Shown here piece by piece: positions 24,390 through 37,695 of a DNA stretch of 64,000 nt. The notes under the pieces were generated by a model that was not told the DNA's origin, searched no databases, and was given only the letters and a program-made list of their open reading frames with translations. The position numbers were made by a program, and so were the translations under genes. The DNA is from Octopus sinensis. Its lineage: Eukaryota. The stretch spans positions 40,858,001 to 40,922,000 of the forward strand of contig NC_043014.1 in NCBI RefSeq assembly GCF_006345805.1, written 5' to 3'. Position 1 is the first letter of the stretch. Every line of letters begins with the position of its first letter.

Positions 24390-24660
24390 TATATATATAT
24401 ATAAAGGGAAAGTTTACGAAAATAAACAAAAGACGAAGGCAGGTGGAGTACAAACAAACAAATATATATATAGGGAGAATTCACAAAAAAAAACAAAAGA
24501 CAAAGACAGGTGGTGTAGAAAACAAACAGATGTATTAGCATATCGCTCGGGAATTGAAAAAGTCTTTAACGTTTCGAGCCCACGCTCTTCCACAGAAAGG
24601 AACACAGAGAGAAACAAGGAGAGAAAATAAAGAATGTGTAGTGGCTAGCGATCTATCATA
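24390..24660 (-). mobile_element. (TA)n-embedded repeat fragment, possibly Penelope-like
   Basis: Bounded by (TA)n on both sides; carries the GAAGAGC..GCTCGAAACGTT motif typical of Penelope pseudo-LTRs. Family assignment is inference. Confidence 0.45.
24564..24599 (-). ncRNA. Hammerhead-like motif (variant core)
   Basis: Minus strand CTTT-CTGTGGAA-GAGC gtgg GCTC-GAAAC GTT-AAAG. Stems I and II pair perfectly and GAAAC/GUU is present, but the core reads CUGUGGA instead of CUGANGA. Confidence 0.4.
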
Positions 24661-24696
24661 TATATATACATATATATATGTATATATATATGTGTG

Positions 24697-24739
<43 letters not shown>

Positions 24740-25081
24740 TATATAATATATATATATATGTGTGTGTGTGTGTTGTGTGTGTGTGTGTAGAAAGAGAGAG
24801 TGGGCAGGGGTCTTCCATAATGTAAAACCAATAAGGGGAGCAATTTTGTTTTTGATTTTTTTAAAACTTATTACATATCATTTTATTTAAATTATTTTAA
24901 GGTAATAGATACTTTCAATCAAAAATTAGCATTTATTTCATCATTTTGTGTCAGCACCAAGGAATTTACTAAAAGTTAAATTATAATTATTATATCAATG
25001 CCTTATTTCCCAACATTACCTAGGCTGGCAAAACGATACTTCCAGAGTGACCAGCAATATGACAAGTAACTCTCTTGTGTG

Positions 25082-25276
25082 ACCAAGTGCTGAAAAGTTC
25101 CTGATTTTGAGGTTTTTGTGAAAGGCCTAGTTGGAAGGTTAACCTTCCAAGTTCTTTTACAGGGCTTAGTAAAACTGAAGGGCCGCTGCAATAAGTGTGT
25201 GAATCTGAGAAGGGAATATGTTGAATAAAATCATGATTATCTGATCCCAAAGCCAGGAACTTTTCAGCACTCTTCA
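25082..25276. mobile_element. Mariner-type MITE
   Basis: GTGCTGAAAAGTTCCTG and CAGGAACTTTTCAGCAC inverted ends; same body reversed at 31744-31961. Confidence 0.75.
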
Positions 25277-26282
25277 TGTAAATGATAAGTCATAATTATA
25301 TGCAAGATTGTTGTGTTAGGTTCCAAATACTAAGCTTAATAATTATTTTAATCTCTTCAAATTCTTGATTGATTTTTTTTTAAAGAAATTAATTGAAATA
25401 TATAGACAGTGCTTTATTGTCAAATGCTCAAACCTGACATTGATGAGATTGTCAAAGGTTATAATATTAGATTATTACTAATTAGTAAAATATAATTAAG
25501 TTGGTCTTCCATAAAAACAACCTTGCCCAGACTTGTACCTCGGAGGGTAACTTTCTAGGTGCAATCCCATGGTCATTCATGACTGAAGGGGGTCACAAAA
25601 ATTAAGTTGGTAAACTGGCAGACTCATTTAAAAAAAATATCCTTTCCATTTTTTTTTTTGTTCTGGCTCTTTTACATTCTGAGTTCAAATCCTGCCAAGG
25701 TTAATTTTGGCTTTCGTCCTTCCAGGGTCAATAACATAAAATACCAGCCAAGTACTGGGATTGATCTAATTTGACTACCCACCTCCATCTCAAAAATTGC
25801 TTGCTTTGTTCTTAACTCAGAAACCATTTCTAAGTTATCCACTTTTTATGTCTCAGCTGTAGATAGGATAACATTATTCTAAGTCAGACCATTATTTGAT
25901 TAAATGATTAGAAATGTTATTCCTAGTTGTAGTAGTAACCATTGTAGAATTTCTTGCAAAACCATTCCTACAACCTGTGATTGCTACAGAGATATCAATG
26001 CAAACTTTCTAAACACTCTGTCTATAGATTATACTTCAATCTAATTTTGTTGTGACAGCTTTATGTGTACAAGGAGACTATTGGCTTCTTTTTCATTAAT
26101 TTAGCTATTACTTAAGAGTAACCTGTCTCTCTTTACCCCAATTCTTCAAGTTTTTCTGAACTTTGTTGTTCATACAATATTTTATTTTTTCTATTTTTTT
26201 TTGCGGAGATAAACAAGAACAATTTAATTAATAATAAATGAAGTGTTGTTTAGAGTTGTTATTAGAAGAAGATATGCTGTTA

Positions 26283-27008
26283 TAATAATAATAATAATAA
26301 TAATAATAATTGTGTACAGTGCTCAGGTGCACTACAACTCATCTAAAGTGTATATATAATCAGGTGTAGTTTCGGCGGATTTCGGAAAGCATGAGGGCCT
26401 TAAAAGATGCAGTGTCATGGCAGTCAACAACTGACGCAGGCAGTTTATTCCATGCTTCAGCAACTCTGAGCGTGAAAAAATGTTTCCGAAAGTCATGAGA
26501 GCTGTATTGTTTTCTGACTTTGTAGGCATGTCCACGTGTGTTAGACACATGGAGATCAAAAAGGTGTTCAGTGTTGTTGTTGGTGAGGTGGTTGATAACT
26601 TTGTGGGTGTTTACCAAGTCCGTCGCCAGACGCCGGAGCTTCAGTGAATCCATGCCAGGGAAACAAGGCGCTCAGAATATGGTAGGTGTCTGATGGAGAG
26701 TATGCGTTTGGTTGCACGTCTCTGGACAGATTCCAGGAGGTCAATGTTCTGTGCAAGATAGGGGTTCCAAACTGATGATGCAAATTCCAAGTGTGGTCGT
26801 ACCATAGCTGTATACAGTTTTAAATAGATGGCTGGAGAGCGGCTAACAAAAGACCTGATGAGTGATGCCAAGACACCCTCGGCCTTCCTGACAATCTTAG
26901 AGATATGCTTTGTCCAACGCAAATCACTGCTGACAGTGATGCCTAGGTCACGCTCGCAAGAGGATTTCTTGATATCAGTGTTGTGGAGGGAGTATGTGAA
27001 CGCAGGGT
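26283..27008 (-). mobile_element. CR1-clade LINE, 5'-truncated RT C-terminus with (ATT)n tail
   Basis: ERDLGITVSSDLRWTKHISKIV..LYTAMVRPHLEFASSVWNP..LESVQRRATK..RRLATDL..TRGH..FFTLRVAEAWNKLP; one frameshift near 26652. Confidence 0.92.
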
Positions 27009-27342
27009 CTGCAGTAACATCTGAAAAAACTTGGATATTGATATACCATATAGTACATATTGATTATAGAACATAGATTTCCATTTGACCTTACCATCAT
27101 GTCTCTTGTGTTCCATACTCTATAGAATTTAGAATAGTCAGTTACGCTGTGGTACAAAAGATCTTAAAATAGGAAATGTTAGATATGGAAACATAAATTG
27201 TAGACTAGTTAAAACTGAAGTATTATTAGTTGTAATATATGTGGACATTTGTTAGTTAGGCATCTGTTGGTCTTGAGAGACCATGGATCTCTACCTGGAA
27301 AATTTGGGTCAGATGCCAATGGTGATGCAACAATGGATATTT

Positions 27343-27580
27343 CTTATTTCTTTATTGCCCACAAGGGGCTAAACATAGAGGGGACAAACAAGGACAGACA
27401 AAGGGATTAAGTCGATTACATCGACCCCAGTGCGTAAATGGTACTTAATTTATCGACCCCAAAGGATGAAAGGCAAAGTCGACCTTGGCGGAATTTGAAC
27501 TCAGAACATAACGTCAGACGAAATACCGCTAGGCATTTCGCCCGGCGTGCTAACGTTTCTGCCAGCTCGCTGCCTTATGG
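27343..27580 (-). mobile_element. SINE family B monomer
   Basis: Full reverse copy; TSD ACAATGGA(T/C)ATTT at 27330-27342 and 27581-27593. Confidence 0.9.
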
Positions 27581-27824
27581 ACAATGGACATTTGTATCAC
27601 ACACACATACTATGGGCTGCATGACAAGGAAAATTTATTTACACTTATTTTGATTTTAATATTGGAATTTAGAGCATAAGTTAGATCATACATGTGTACT
27701 GCAATATTTGGCTGGGTTTGGGGAAAATTCAGCAGTATTTGAAGAGAAAAGGTCAACTGTCAGTTTGCAATTGCTATGCTTGTCATGTACCTCTGGCTTA
27801 GAAAGCATTTGGTAAATACAAGAA

Positions 27825-28300
27825 ATCATCATCATCATTATCATTTGGCATCCACATTCCATACTGGCATGGGTTGGATCGTTTGGCAGAATCTGATGGG
27901 TCCAAGAACTGCATCAGGTTCCAGTGTCTGCTTTGGCATGGTTTCTACAGTTGGATGTCCTTCCTAATGCCAACCACTTTACCAAGTTTATCATCATCAT
28001 CATCATCAGATGCCTGTTGTCCTTGGATGGTGTGACCAGAGCTAAGCAAGCCAGAGGGCTGAACCAAACCTCAGTCTGATTTGGCATGGTTTCTACAGTT
28101 GGATGCCCTTCCTAATGCTAACCACTTTACCAAGTTTATCATCATCATCATCACCATATGCCTGTTGTCCTTGGATGGTGTGACCAGAGCTGGCAAGCCA
28201 GGGGGCTGAACCAAACTTCAGTTTGATTTCGCATGGTTTTTACAGAGTGTGGTGGGGGCATTTTCATGGCACTACATGGGTACTTTTATGTGGTGTCACA
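27825..28300 (-). repeat. Tandemly repeated old family C fragments (~147-bp period)
   Basis: TTGGCATGGTTTCTACAGTTGGATG..ACCAAGTTTATCATCATCATC recurs at ~27932 and ~28081. Confidence 0.7.
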
Positions 28301-29145
28301 CTGGCATTAATTTTTCTGCCACAGGCACCATGCAGCTTGCAAGACTATGAAACTTAAGGGTATAGGTGCGCACCTTTATGCCCACAAATAAGATGTTAAA
28401 GTATGGAGAAAGTGAAGGAGAGAATCAAGCAGATTCTTGTGATAGAAGTGTCACATGGCTTCTCACATTTAGAAGAAGGGGTAACCATGTGCTGTAGGAG
28501 ATACAAAAAAGGTAAATATATATATATCAATGACAAGGTGCCCAGGTGGCTCTTCAAGATAATAAGTGAGTTCAATAATGCTGAGTCTTGTGAAACCAAT
28601 AAATTTTGACTTCATATTTTATGAACCGCACAAAGTAAACAACTTTGTTAGGAACTTGGTGTTGTTGAAGAGTGATGCAGAAATTTTGACTGCCATCTGT
28701 ATCAGTGAAAATGTTAATGTATGTAAGTTTTGTAATTCTCAAAAGAACATGTCCTTCTTGGTATAATGGAAGGCAGCCTTGTCTGCAATAAAATCAATAT
28801 TTTGATAGAATAAGCTTGATAATTGGGTACATTGATTCATTGAAAGCTGTTTTGTTGCATATCGACAAGTTTCCATCCATTTTAGTTCATTGCTGATTTG
28901 AAAAGAAAAAAAAAATTAAATTGTCTAAAATATGTGGAACATCTAAGGTAGCTTTCTGAAGACCTCAAATTTGTTTTATCTTGACTGGACTGTGTTTCAG
29001 CTTGATCAAATATTGCTATCCTGTCTGTGATAGCAGTGACAATAATTCTTACTGCATCTACAAAAACTGGAAACAGAGATGCATTAAAATCTGAAACAAA
29101 GAATATTTAGTATTCTCTGTTTACTGAAATGAAAATTATATTCAT

Positions 29146-29368
29146 AACCCTTTAGCATTCAGATAACTGTGTGAAACATAACGCTTATTAATTCACATGG
29201 TTTTCAATTAATCATGCATTATCTTGTATATTTGAGATTTTGATAATGTGATTGTTTATTTTTAGAATGACATTTTAGGTAGGTATGAAAGCCTGCATCT
29301 GGTTGGTTTGAATATCAAACAGACAGAATATTTGGGTCTGATATGGCTGGTTTAGGCCATAGTTAAAC
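29146..29368. mobile_element. piggyBac-like MITE (opposite orientation)
   Basis: AACCCTTTAGCATTCAGA start, GTTAA end; reverse of the 2509 body. Confidence 0.55.
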
Positions 29369-29833
29369 CATGGACAATTTCAAATTACAATTTTGGTAAA
29401 TTCCAAATGCTTAATGGGGTAAAAATCAATGAATGCACATTTATATTTATCTACAAGCTACAAGCTCCTTCAAGATGAAGAGTTGTTTGCATTCTGTGTC
29501 ATCATTATCAAAAGTTCACTTTTTCATGTTTGCATGGTTTGGACAGAATTAGTTGAAATAAAATTTTCTACTACTAGATGCCTTCCCTGTTGCCAACCTT
29601 CACCTGTTTCCAAGTAAAGTAATATTTTTTATGACTAGATGTGTTTGATAGGATCTGGTGAGCTGCAGGGCTGTGTGAAGCTCCTATGTCAGCTTTGATA
29701 TAGTTTCTGCAGCTAGATGCCTTCCCTAATGCTGACCACTTCACAGCGTGTGCTTGGTGCCACTGTATTAGTGAGGTTACCAAATAATTTGCATGACAGG
29801 AAAAGGAAAAAAAAAAAAAAAACTTCCTCAACT

Positions 29834-29999
29834 AGGCGCAGGAGTGGCTGTGTGGTAAGTAGCTTGCTTACCAACCACATGGTTCCGGGTTCACTCCCAC
29901 AGCGTGGCACCTTGGGCAAGTATCTTCTACTATTGCTTCGGACCGACCAAAGCCTTGTGAGTAGATTTGGTAGACAGAAACTGAAAGAAGCCAGTCATA

Positions 30000-30045
<46 letters not shown>

Positions 30046-30260
30046 TGTGTGTGTATATGTTTGTGTCTGTGTTCGTCCCCCAACATCACTTGACAACCGA
30101 TGCTGGTGTGTTTACGTCCCTGTAACTTAGCGGTTCAGCAAAAGAGACCGATAGAATAAGCACTAGCCTTACAAAGAATAAGTCCTGGGATCGATTTGCT
30201 CGACTAAAGGCGGTTCTCCAGCATGGCCACAGTCAAATCACTGAAACAAGTAAAAGAGTA
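29834..30260 (+). mobile_element. SINE family A
   Basis: Full forward copy. Confidence 0.9.
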
Positions 30261-31604
30261 ACTTAGTGTGTGTGTGTGTGTGTATGGTAGAGGTAGGTAT
30301 CTGAGAGTGGTGGGATGGCTTTATGCCAGGTGTTGAGAGGTTGAAGTTTGACAGAGTGACAAGTACAGGTGTTTTGCTATTGAAAAAAATACATGGCTAC
30401 CCTGCATTTTATGAAGGTGTGTGGGAGAAGTTGGGAACAAAGATAAGATGGTAATGGTGGGAAATCAGAGCAAGCCCTCAAGGTACAAGAGAGCGAGCAT
30501 ATGTCGAATGGAAATTTTCCAATTGTTTTGTAGAAACTCTTACAAAATATTGAATAATTTAAGTTTACTGATCTCGATTATGTCTGATTTTTGTGTGTTA
30601 TGTAAAAGTTTTTGTTTCTTTTTTACACTATCTGGCAAGGTGAGTACTTCAGATGGGCGCCATTTTCACAAAACCTCTTGTGGAGAATCCATTGTAAATG
30701 ATCAAACTTCAATTTTATATAAGTTGAAGGTTATAATTAACGTAGAATAACAGGTTCTGAACTTGTAGAACAACTTTCGTGATGGGTAGTGTTGGGAAAC
30801 AAGTGAAAGAAATAAAATTGATTAATCTTTATTTCAGAAAATACACAACACAACTTGGAATTAACTAATAACATTGAAAGATTATCTCATTGGTTTTTAA
30901 CTATTTTCTGCCTATTTAATTCCTGTTCTACTCTGCTGGACCTCCATAGCCATCCAATCGATATTTAAAAAAATTCTACTATATTTTTATAATGAAATAT
31001 TATTAGGAAATGTATAGAAAGAAATTAAAATATTTTGTGTATTGTCATAAATTTTAACAACAAAACCTTTATTGGACTCCCCACCACTGGGTCATGTGAA
31101 CCCTGGTTGAGAACCACAGGATTAGCTTTATTTATTTTTTCTTAAGAATTACGCATAAGGTGGACCTTTGTTCAATAGAATAGTTTGTTATCACATTGAA
31201 AATACACGTGAGAAATGCACTCTAGTGAAATGACATCTTCCACATTCTAAAGAAAGTGATTGAAATGCAAAAATAAGAAATGAACCTCCAGGCTCATATT
31301 ACAACCTAAGATATAATACTCTCAAAGCATATTTTTCACCAGTCAGTAAAAATTAAAAATTTTTGTATTTCCAAATGTTTTTATCCCAACATTCCTACAA
31401 CTATTGTCATTGTGGGGTGAAATTTCAGCATGTTGTAATAACTTTCATCTGAGAACCTATAAAAACACCCATTTTTATTTTCTTGTAGCGGATTGTGGTT
31501 ATTTTTAACAAATGTATATGAAGAGATCATGTTTTATGTTTGATTTTTCCATTTTTGCATGGGTTGGATAAGTTTTCTTCAGTATTGCATCTTGCCAATT
31601 AACA

Positions 31605-32790
31605 AAGCCCTTTGTTTTCTCCTTTGCGAAGTTCAGCCTTCTGAGATAAGCTTTCAGTATGTCTCATGTCTTCCTTAATTTTTCCTCTCCCACAGGTCCT
31701 TTCCACATGGATGGCTCTTTATCCAACTGTCATATTTCATGTACAAGGGGGTGCTGAAGAGTTCCTGACTATGGGTTAAAAAAAATACAGCCGGATCAGT
31801 TAATTAGGATTTTATTCAAATATATTCCCCTCTTAGATTCACACACTTACTGCAGAAATCCTTCAGTTTTACTAAGCCCTGTAAAAGAACTTAGAAGGCT
31901 GAGCCTCTGACCAGGCCTTTTGTGATACCCTTAAAGCCAGTGACTTTTCAGCACTCCCTCATATATCACATGTCCATACCAGCTCACTCTTCCCTTTGAC
32001 ATACACAGTTGTGATTCCTCTTAGACTTAGTTTTTCTGTTAGTTTATTTGCATGCTATTGTTCATGCACACTAATGCTATGCATACAACAGAGCATGCTT
32101 GCCTCGTTTCCCTTCAGCTATCATACATCTGCATTCAATGCCCATGTTTCACGTCAGACTTCATAGAGAAACATCATTCAATTTGCCCCTTGTTCAGTGA
32201 GAGAATCCTTTGTTGGTAGTGAGGGAATCAGAACCCTGAACTTCTTCCTCTCTGTTCTTACTCTTATCTTCTTGGAATACCTATCCCCACTACTAATTAG
32301 GTTACCTAGGTAACAGAAGTTATCAACTACTTCTAGGTAGCCTTGTAAGCATTTGAAAGCATTTCATTTATGGTTACTTTTGTTACTAACTGTCTCTCCT
32401 ATGTATCCGCTACACATGAAGCCCTTCTCTGGCAGCCTGCCTGTGATCTCATTGCATGCCTTGTGCTCATAGTTTACTCGGGTTTCATAGTACAGAGTTC
32501 CTACTAACACCTTTTTCTGCATATTGAGCATGGCCATCTTGCTGTTAGCAGTATAATCCCGTCTTCTTTCCTGCTAACAAAGGCTTTTTGTCTTGACTAG
32601 TTTTACTTCAAAGTCTCTCGATTCTTGGCCTTGCCTCTACATTTTGAATTTCTTTTAATTCTTTAACAGATTCAAGCTATGAGAACTGGGCCATCAGCAC
32701 GAAGAGGTTCTTGCTCAAGGGCATCCAGTCTTAAGCTCTTCTTTTATTGCCTGCAGAATTGTAATAAAACAGGAGAAGGCTGAGAAGCAA
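31605..32790 (-). mobile_element. Degraded RTE-clade LINE reverse-transcriptase region
   Basis: Broken frames give KTGCP, RWPCSICRK.GVSRNS, EVVDNFCYLG, ETWAL, NEASML; multiple stops and frameshifts; interrupted by the MITE at 31744-31961. Confidence 0.7.
31744..31961. mobile_element. Mariner-type MITE
   Basis: TA-flanked; CAAGGGGGTGCTGAAGAGTTC and GACTTTTCAGCACTCCCTCA imperfect TIRs. Confidence 0.75.
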
Positions 32791-33155
32791 TCACTGGTGG
32801 ATGCCTACTTTATTCAGTACTTTGACATAATGTTACGTCAAGCCTTATTTGACATGCAAGTTGGGTAGGAGCTTTTTCTGTAGTTATAGTTGTTCATGTA
32901 AAATGTTCTTTAGCCCAGGAGTAGGTTCTTTTGAGAGGCTCATTTTCCCCTCTGTCAACGAATGCTGTTCACATTCTCTGTTGTGTCATTCACTTGCAAC
33001 ATACTTTTTTTTTTTTTCCAGTTTTCTAGAAGACTTGAGGTTTTCATAGATTTCTTTGAATTGAACTGACTAAAATGCTGATATCAATGCTTATTCATTG
33101 CCAGTTTGAAGTAACACTTTTGTTAGACTAAGCCCCACTATGCAGCACCTTTATT

Positions 33156-33470
33156 CATCATCATCATCATCATCGTTTAACGTCCGCTTTCCATGCTAGC
33201 ATGGGTTGGACGATTTGACTGAGGTCTGGCAAACCAGATGGCTGCAGCAGACTCCAGTCTGATCTGGCAGAGTTTCTACAGCTGGAGGCCCTTCCTAACA
33301 CCAACCACTCCGAGAGTGTAGTGAGTGCTTTTACATGCCACCGGCACGAGGGCCTGTCAGGTGGTACTGGCTACGGCCACACTCAAATGGTGCTTTTTAT
33401 GTGCCACCAGCACAGGAGCCAATCCAGCGGCACTGGCAACGACCTTGCTCGAATGTTTTTTCACGTGCCA
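33156..33470 (-). mobile_element. Family C
   Basis: Reverse copy with (CAT)n tail. Confidence 0.85.
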
Positions 33471-33807
33471 GAAAGAAATAAGAAATGTTGAGATCCAGAA
33501 TGAACTACAGAAGGTTCTCAACTTGCTCACAAAAAAACGACTTCTAGGCTGGATTCCAAAAGTGGCAGGGTCGCTGGGACTGGTGTATTGTTGCGCAGGG
33601 TGACTACTTCAAAGGAGATGATGTTAGAACTTAGGTAAATAAGTTATTTTTTATTAAACATAACCAGTCCTGGAACTTTTTGATACCACCTCATGTAAAG
33701 ATCTTGACTGTTACATGGTTGAGAAGCAGGAATGTTTAGGTTATAGGGAATTAGTCTGATAGTGAGAAGGAAGATTTGGGTACTGAAGAATTCCTTTTTT
33801 GAATTGA

Positions 33808-34270
33808 AATCGAAATTGAACCAAATTCGATGATTGGCACCCGTGCCAGTGGAGCGCTAACAGCTCCATCTGAGTGAGATCACTGCCGGAGCAGCTGTCT
33901 GGCAAGCACCATTTGAGCATGATCGTTACCAGTGTTGCCTTACTGGCACTTGTGCTGGTGGCACGTGAACAAATCATTCAAGCAAGGTCATTGCCAGTGC
34001 CGCTGGACTGACTCCTGTGCAGGTGGCACGTAAAAAACGCTGTTTCGAACGTGGCCATTACCAGTACCGCCAGACTGGCCCTCGTGCTAGTGGGACATAA
34101 AAGCACCCACTACACACTTGGAGTGGTTGGCATTAGGAAGGGCATCCAGCTGTAGAAACTCTGCCAGATCAGATTGGAGCCTGGCACAGCCATCTGGTTC
34201 ACCAGTCCTCAGTCAAATCATCCAACCCATGCTAGCATGGAAAGTGGACGTTAAATGATGATGATGATGA
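33808..34270 (+). mobile_element. Family C with long 5' repeat region
   Basis: Forward copy ending (GAT)n; inverted relative to 33156-33470. Confidence 0.85.
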
Positions 34271-35074
34271 AACTTTGAACATTGCAGGGCATGTAGGGAT
34301 TTTTGACATTATTTCTAGGCTCATACTACACCATAGTATGGGCTAAGTTTTCTTTTACTATAACCCCAATTTCTCAATACAGCAATGCATATATGATGAA
34401 TCTTGTCTGGAGTCTAGCTTATGTCTTGATTGGATAATTTCATTTTGAAGTAAGCATGATTTGCTCTTTGCTTTTTAGCTACAAAGCTTATGACCTGGGT
34501 AGCAAATTATGTCTGGACTATTGATGTGGCCTCTAAAAGACTTTATTGAAACTGTATAGTGATCATATGATTTATATCTGGAAGTGTCTAGAATATAAAA
34601 ACATAAATCATATTATCTGATGGTATGCCAACAACTTTTCTGTGTGTGTGTGTGTGTTTATATTCTGCTACTTTTATGTCCTGTAACTTTGTTGATAAAA
34701 TAAATACCAAGCTTGAAATAAATAACTGTGTTGATTTGTGATAAACTAAAAGCCGTTGAAGGCGGTACCTCAATAAAGCGTCAGTCGGATGATTGAAACA
34801 AATAGAAATATGTTTGTTTGAATTTATTGAAAATTTTTATTGGTGATGGCTTAAACAGCAGACTACCAGCCTATATAATTTCAAATATTTAACTTATTGC
34901 TTCTGTCTGGGTGTATATAAAATAATATATGGCAATGATCTAACAAGGGGTAAATTAATTGACTTTATCAATCTATTATAAAAATCAACTAAGTCAAAAG
35001 ATAACACTATTTTTTTACATGTGCCAGTACACTTTTACTTGTAAATAGGCTAGTATCATCTTTAACTCAATATA

Positions 35075-35640
35075 TTGGGTTGTCCGGAAAGTTCTTGCCG
35101 ATTTATAGTAGCTTACCTTTTGACTTATTTTAGAACATGGTTGAGTCCATAAAATAGGATTTGACTACACCTCCATTTAGAGCACAGTTTAAGCTGTCTT
35201 TTTGTGGAAGAAGGTTTATGTTCCTAGAACCTGTGTTAATTCTGTAACCCTTTAAAATGGAAGATAACAAAGTTCATTTTCGGCACTTAATGCTTTGGGA
35301 ACCAAACAAAAATTGCTGCAGCTCGGCTGGGATGTGTTACCCCACCCTCCATATTCACCAGATATTGCTCCTTCGGATTTCCACTTATTCAGGTCTCTGC
35401 AGAATAGTCTTAATGGTAAAAATTTCAATTCCTTGGATGATGTAAAAAGATACCTTGATGAATTCTTTGCCATGAAACCACCTCAATTCTGGGAATAGGG
35501 TATTTTCAAGTTAAAGGAAAGATGGGGACGCATAGTGCAACAAAATGGTTCATATTTGGTTGATTAGAAATGTAATGGCAAGTATTTATTGACCTATTTC
35601 TTTCCTTTAAAAATCGGCACGCACTTTCCGGACAACCCAA
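35075..35640 (+). mobile_element. Internally deleted mariner transposon
   Basis: TA TSDs (35073-74, 35641-42); TIRs TTGGGTTGTCCGGAAAG..GCCGATTT. Transposase N-terminus MEDNKVHFRHLML is joined out of frame to the C-terminus LGWDVLPHPPYSPDIAPSDFHLFRSLQN; stop codon at 35496-35498. Confidence 0.93.
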
Positions 35641-35849
35641 TATTTCTTATTTTATATATTCACTTGCCAACAGAATATTTTAACTATAACTTTATTGAAA
35701 ACAATATTCTCTGCTTAGTATCAAAGAAGTTTTTATGAACCTGTGTCTGTCAATAAGTTGTATATAAATATTTGTCAAAATTGCTTTTTTTTTTTTGTAT
35801 TTGGATACCTTATATTACTGACAACTCAAAACTTTGTGTTTACTTTCAG

Positions 35850-36036
35850 TGTTACTATTGAAAAGCACGAACGGTTTCAAAAGGCTTTTGATGCTCCGTC
35901 AGTGAAAGTTTTGCGTATTCGTGATTCAGTTTTTGTACTTCTTAACTCAATGGCTATGCAAAATGATGGCTGTACACTCTGCTCCGAGGCATTGCGGAAA
36001 ATTTATAAAGTCTCGCAAACATTAAAGTGTTGGCAG
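35850..36036 (+). CDS. MPPE1: Metallophosphoesterase 1, exon C
   Basis: Acceptor tttcAG, donor GTgag; 187 nt, phase 2/0. Encodes (D)VTIEKHERFQKAFDAPSVKVLRIRDSVFVLLNSMAMQNDGCTLCSEALRKIYKVSQTLKCWQ, including the FVxxNS..DGCxxC segment of MPPE1. Confidence 0.95.
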
Positions 36037-36439
36037 GTGAGCTAAAAAGATTGTTTTTTGTGAATATTCTAAAGGCATTTTAATTATAAAATCTTTTTAA
36101 TTATTTTGGGCTGGAAATATAATTCCTTTGTTGTTGTAATGAATTTTCAGTTAGTACAATCACTGTAGAACTTCTTATTAAAAGGTCTTTGAAATCCATG
36201 AATTTATGAAATTGAGAAAATTCTAAAGATTGGCTGTGTGGTTAAGAAGCTTACTTCCCAACTATGTGGTCTTGGGTTCAGTCCTACTGCATAGCACTTG
36301 GGCAAGTGTCTTCTGCTGCAGCCCAAGGTCAATCATTGTCTTGTGAGTGGATTTGGTAGACATAAACTGAAATATATATATACATATATATATATATATT
36401 ATATATATATATATATGTATATGTTTGTGTGTGTGTGTG

Positions 36440-36490
<51 letters not shown>

Positions 36491-36496
36491 ATACAC

Positions 36497-36527
<31 letters not shown>

Positions 36528-36720
36528 GATAGATAGATAGATAGATACACACACTCTTTTCTTAACATGAAACCAATGGTAGCCTAATACGCAAATAAAG
36601 GAATTCTGTATATCAATGCTGTGTTGAGCACTCATTCTCATCATTCAACACTTACATATACATACATACATACATACATACGTTCATATATATATATATT
36701 ATACACGCACACACAGACAT

Positions 36721-36860
36721 ATATCTTAGTGAGATTCCCAACATTGACCTTTCCATGGCTCTCTGTGCCATAAACAGATGTTGTTCATCTCTCTTTGTCA
36801 AGGCCCAAGTCTCACATGCATACAGCATTGCAGGCAAGACTGTTCTGTTGAAGACATTAG
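36721..36860 (-). mobile_element. RTE-clade LINE RT fragment
   Basis: VFNRTVLPAMLYACETWALTKRDEQHLFMAQRAMERSMLGISLR, a typical RTE post-RT motif. Confidence 0.8.
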
Positions 36861-37003
36861 TGGTCTGCCGTTACGTTGTTAGTTCAAATTCCGCCGAGGT
36901 CGACTTTGCCTTTCATCCTTTCGGGGTCGATAAATTAAATACCTATGTCTGTCCTTGTTTGTCCCCTCTGTGTTTAGCCTCTTGTGGGTAATAAAGAAAT
37001 AGG
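36861..37003 (+). mobile_element. SINE family B, headless partial copy
   Basis: GTTCAAATTCCGCCGAGGTCGACTTTGCC core and AATAAAGAAATAG end. Confidence 0.8.
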
Positions 37004-37695
37004 TATGTGGGGGGGAGGGGGTGTAAAATGAAGTGCCTTGCTCAAGGACACAGTGTGTTCTCCATGTACAGGAATTGAACTCAGAACCTTATGACCTTGA
37101 ACCAAGCACCCTAACCATCCAGACAACTTGTCTGCACTATTCGTCCTATTAGCAACATATATTTATAGTAAGTTCTTTACTGCTTCACCACAACAGTATA
37201 AGCTTCCCAGCCACTAGCCTAATCCAATTTTTAATCAATTTCTTCAATTAGTTCCCAACGTTAAAAAAAAGTAGAATAAACTTAATTACCGAAATTGTAA
37301 TGACCGACCTACTTCTAACCTTGACCAACTTCTTATCAACTTCCTCAATTAGTCATGTAAATAGTTCACTTATTTGCATCTGTACCACAACTTAAATCCA
37401 CCTAGTGACCTTCATTCCCTAATTATGCACCTGAATTTCATTTAAATGCTTCTAACCAACCACTCATTGCTATTTTCATCCTTCTAGTTCCCATCACAAA
37501 CAGCTTAATTAATCACCTGTATTGGAAATCAACCACTGTACCTAATTTAATCCTTAAATATTGTATTTATTCCTTTCTTCCTTCTTCTTTCGTATTACTT
37601 ATTTATCTCCATAATTTCTAAAACAACAACCCTCGCCTCCCCTCCCTCCACCCCAACAATATCACTGTACTCTTTTTATTTATATTTTTTTTTGT

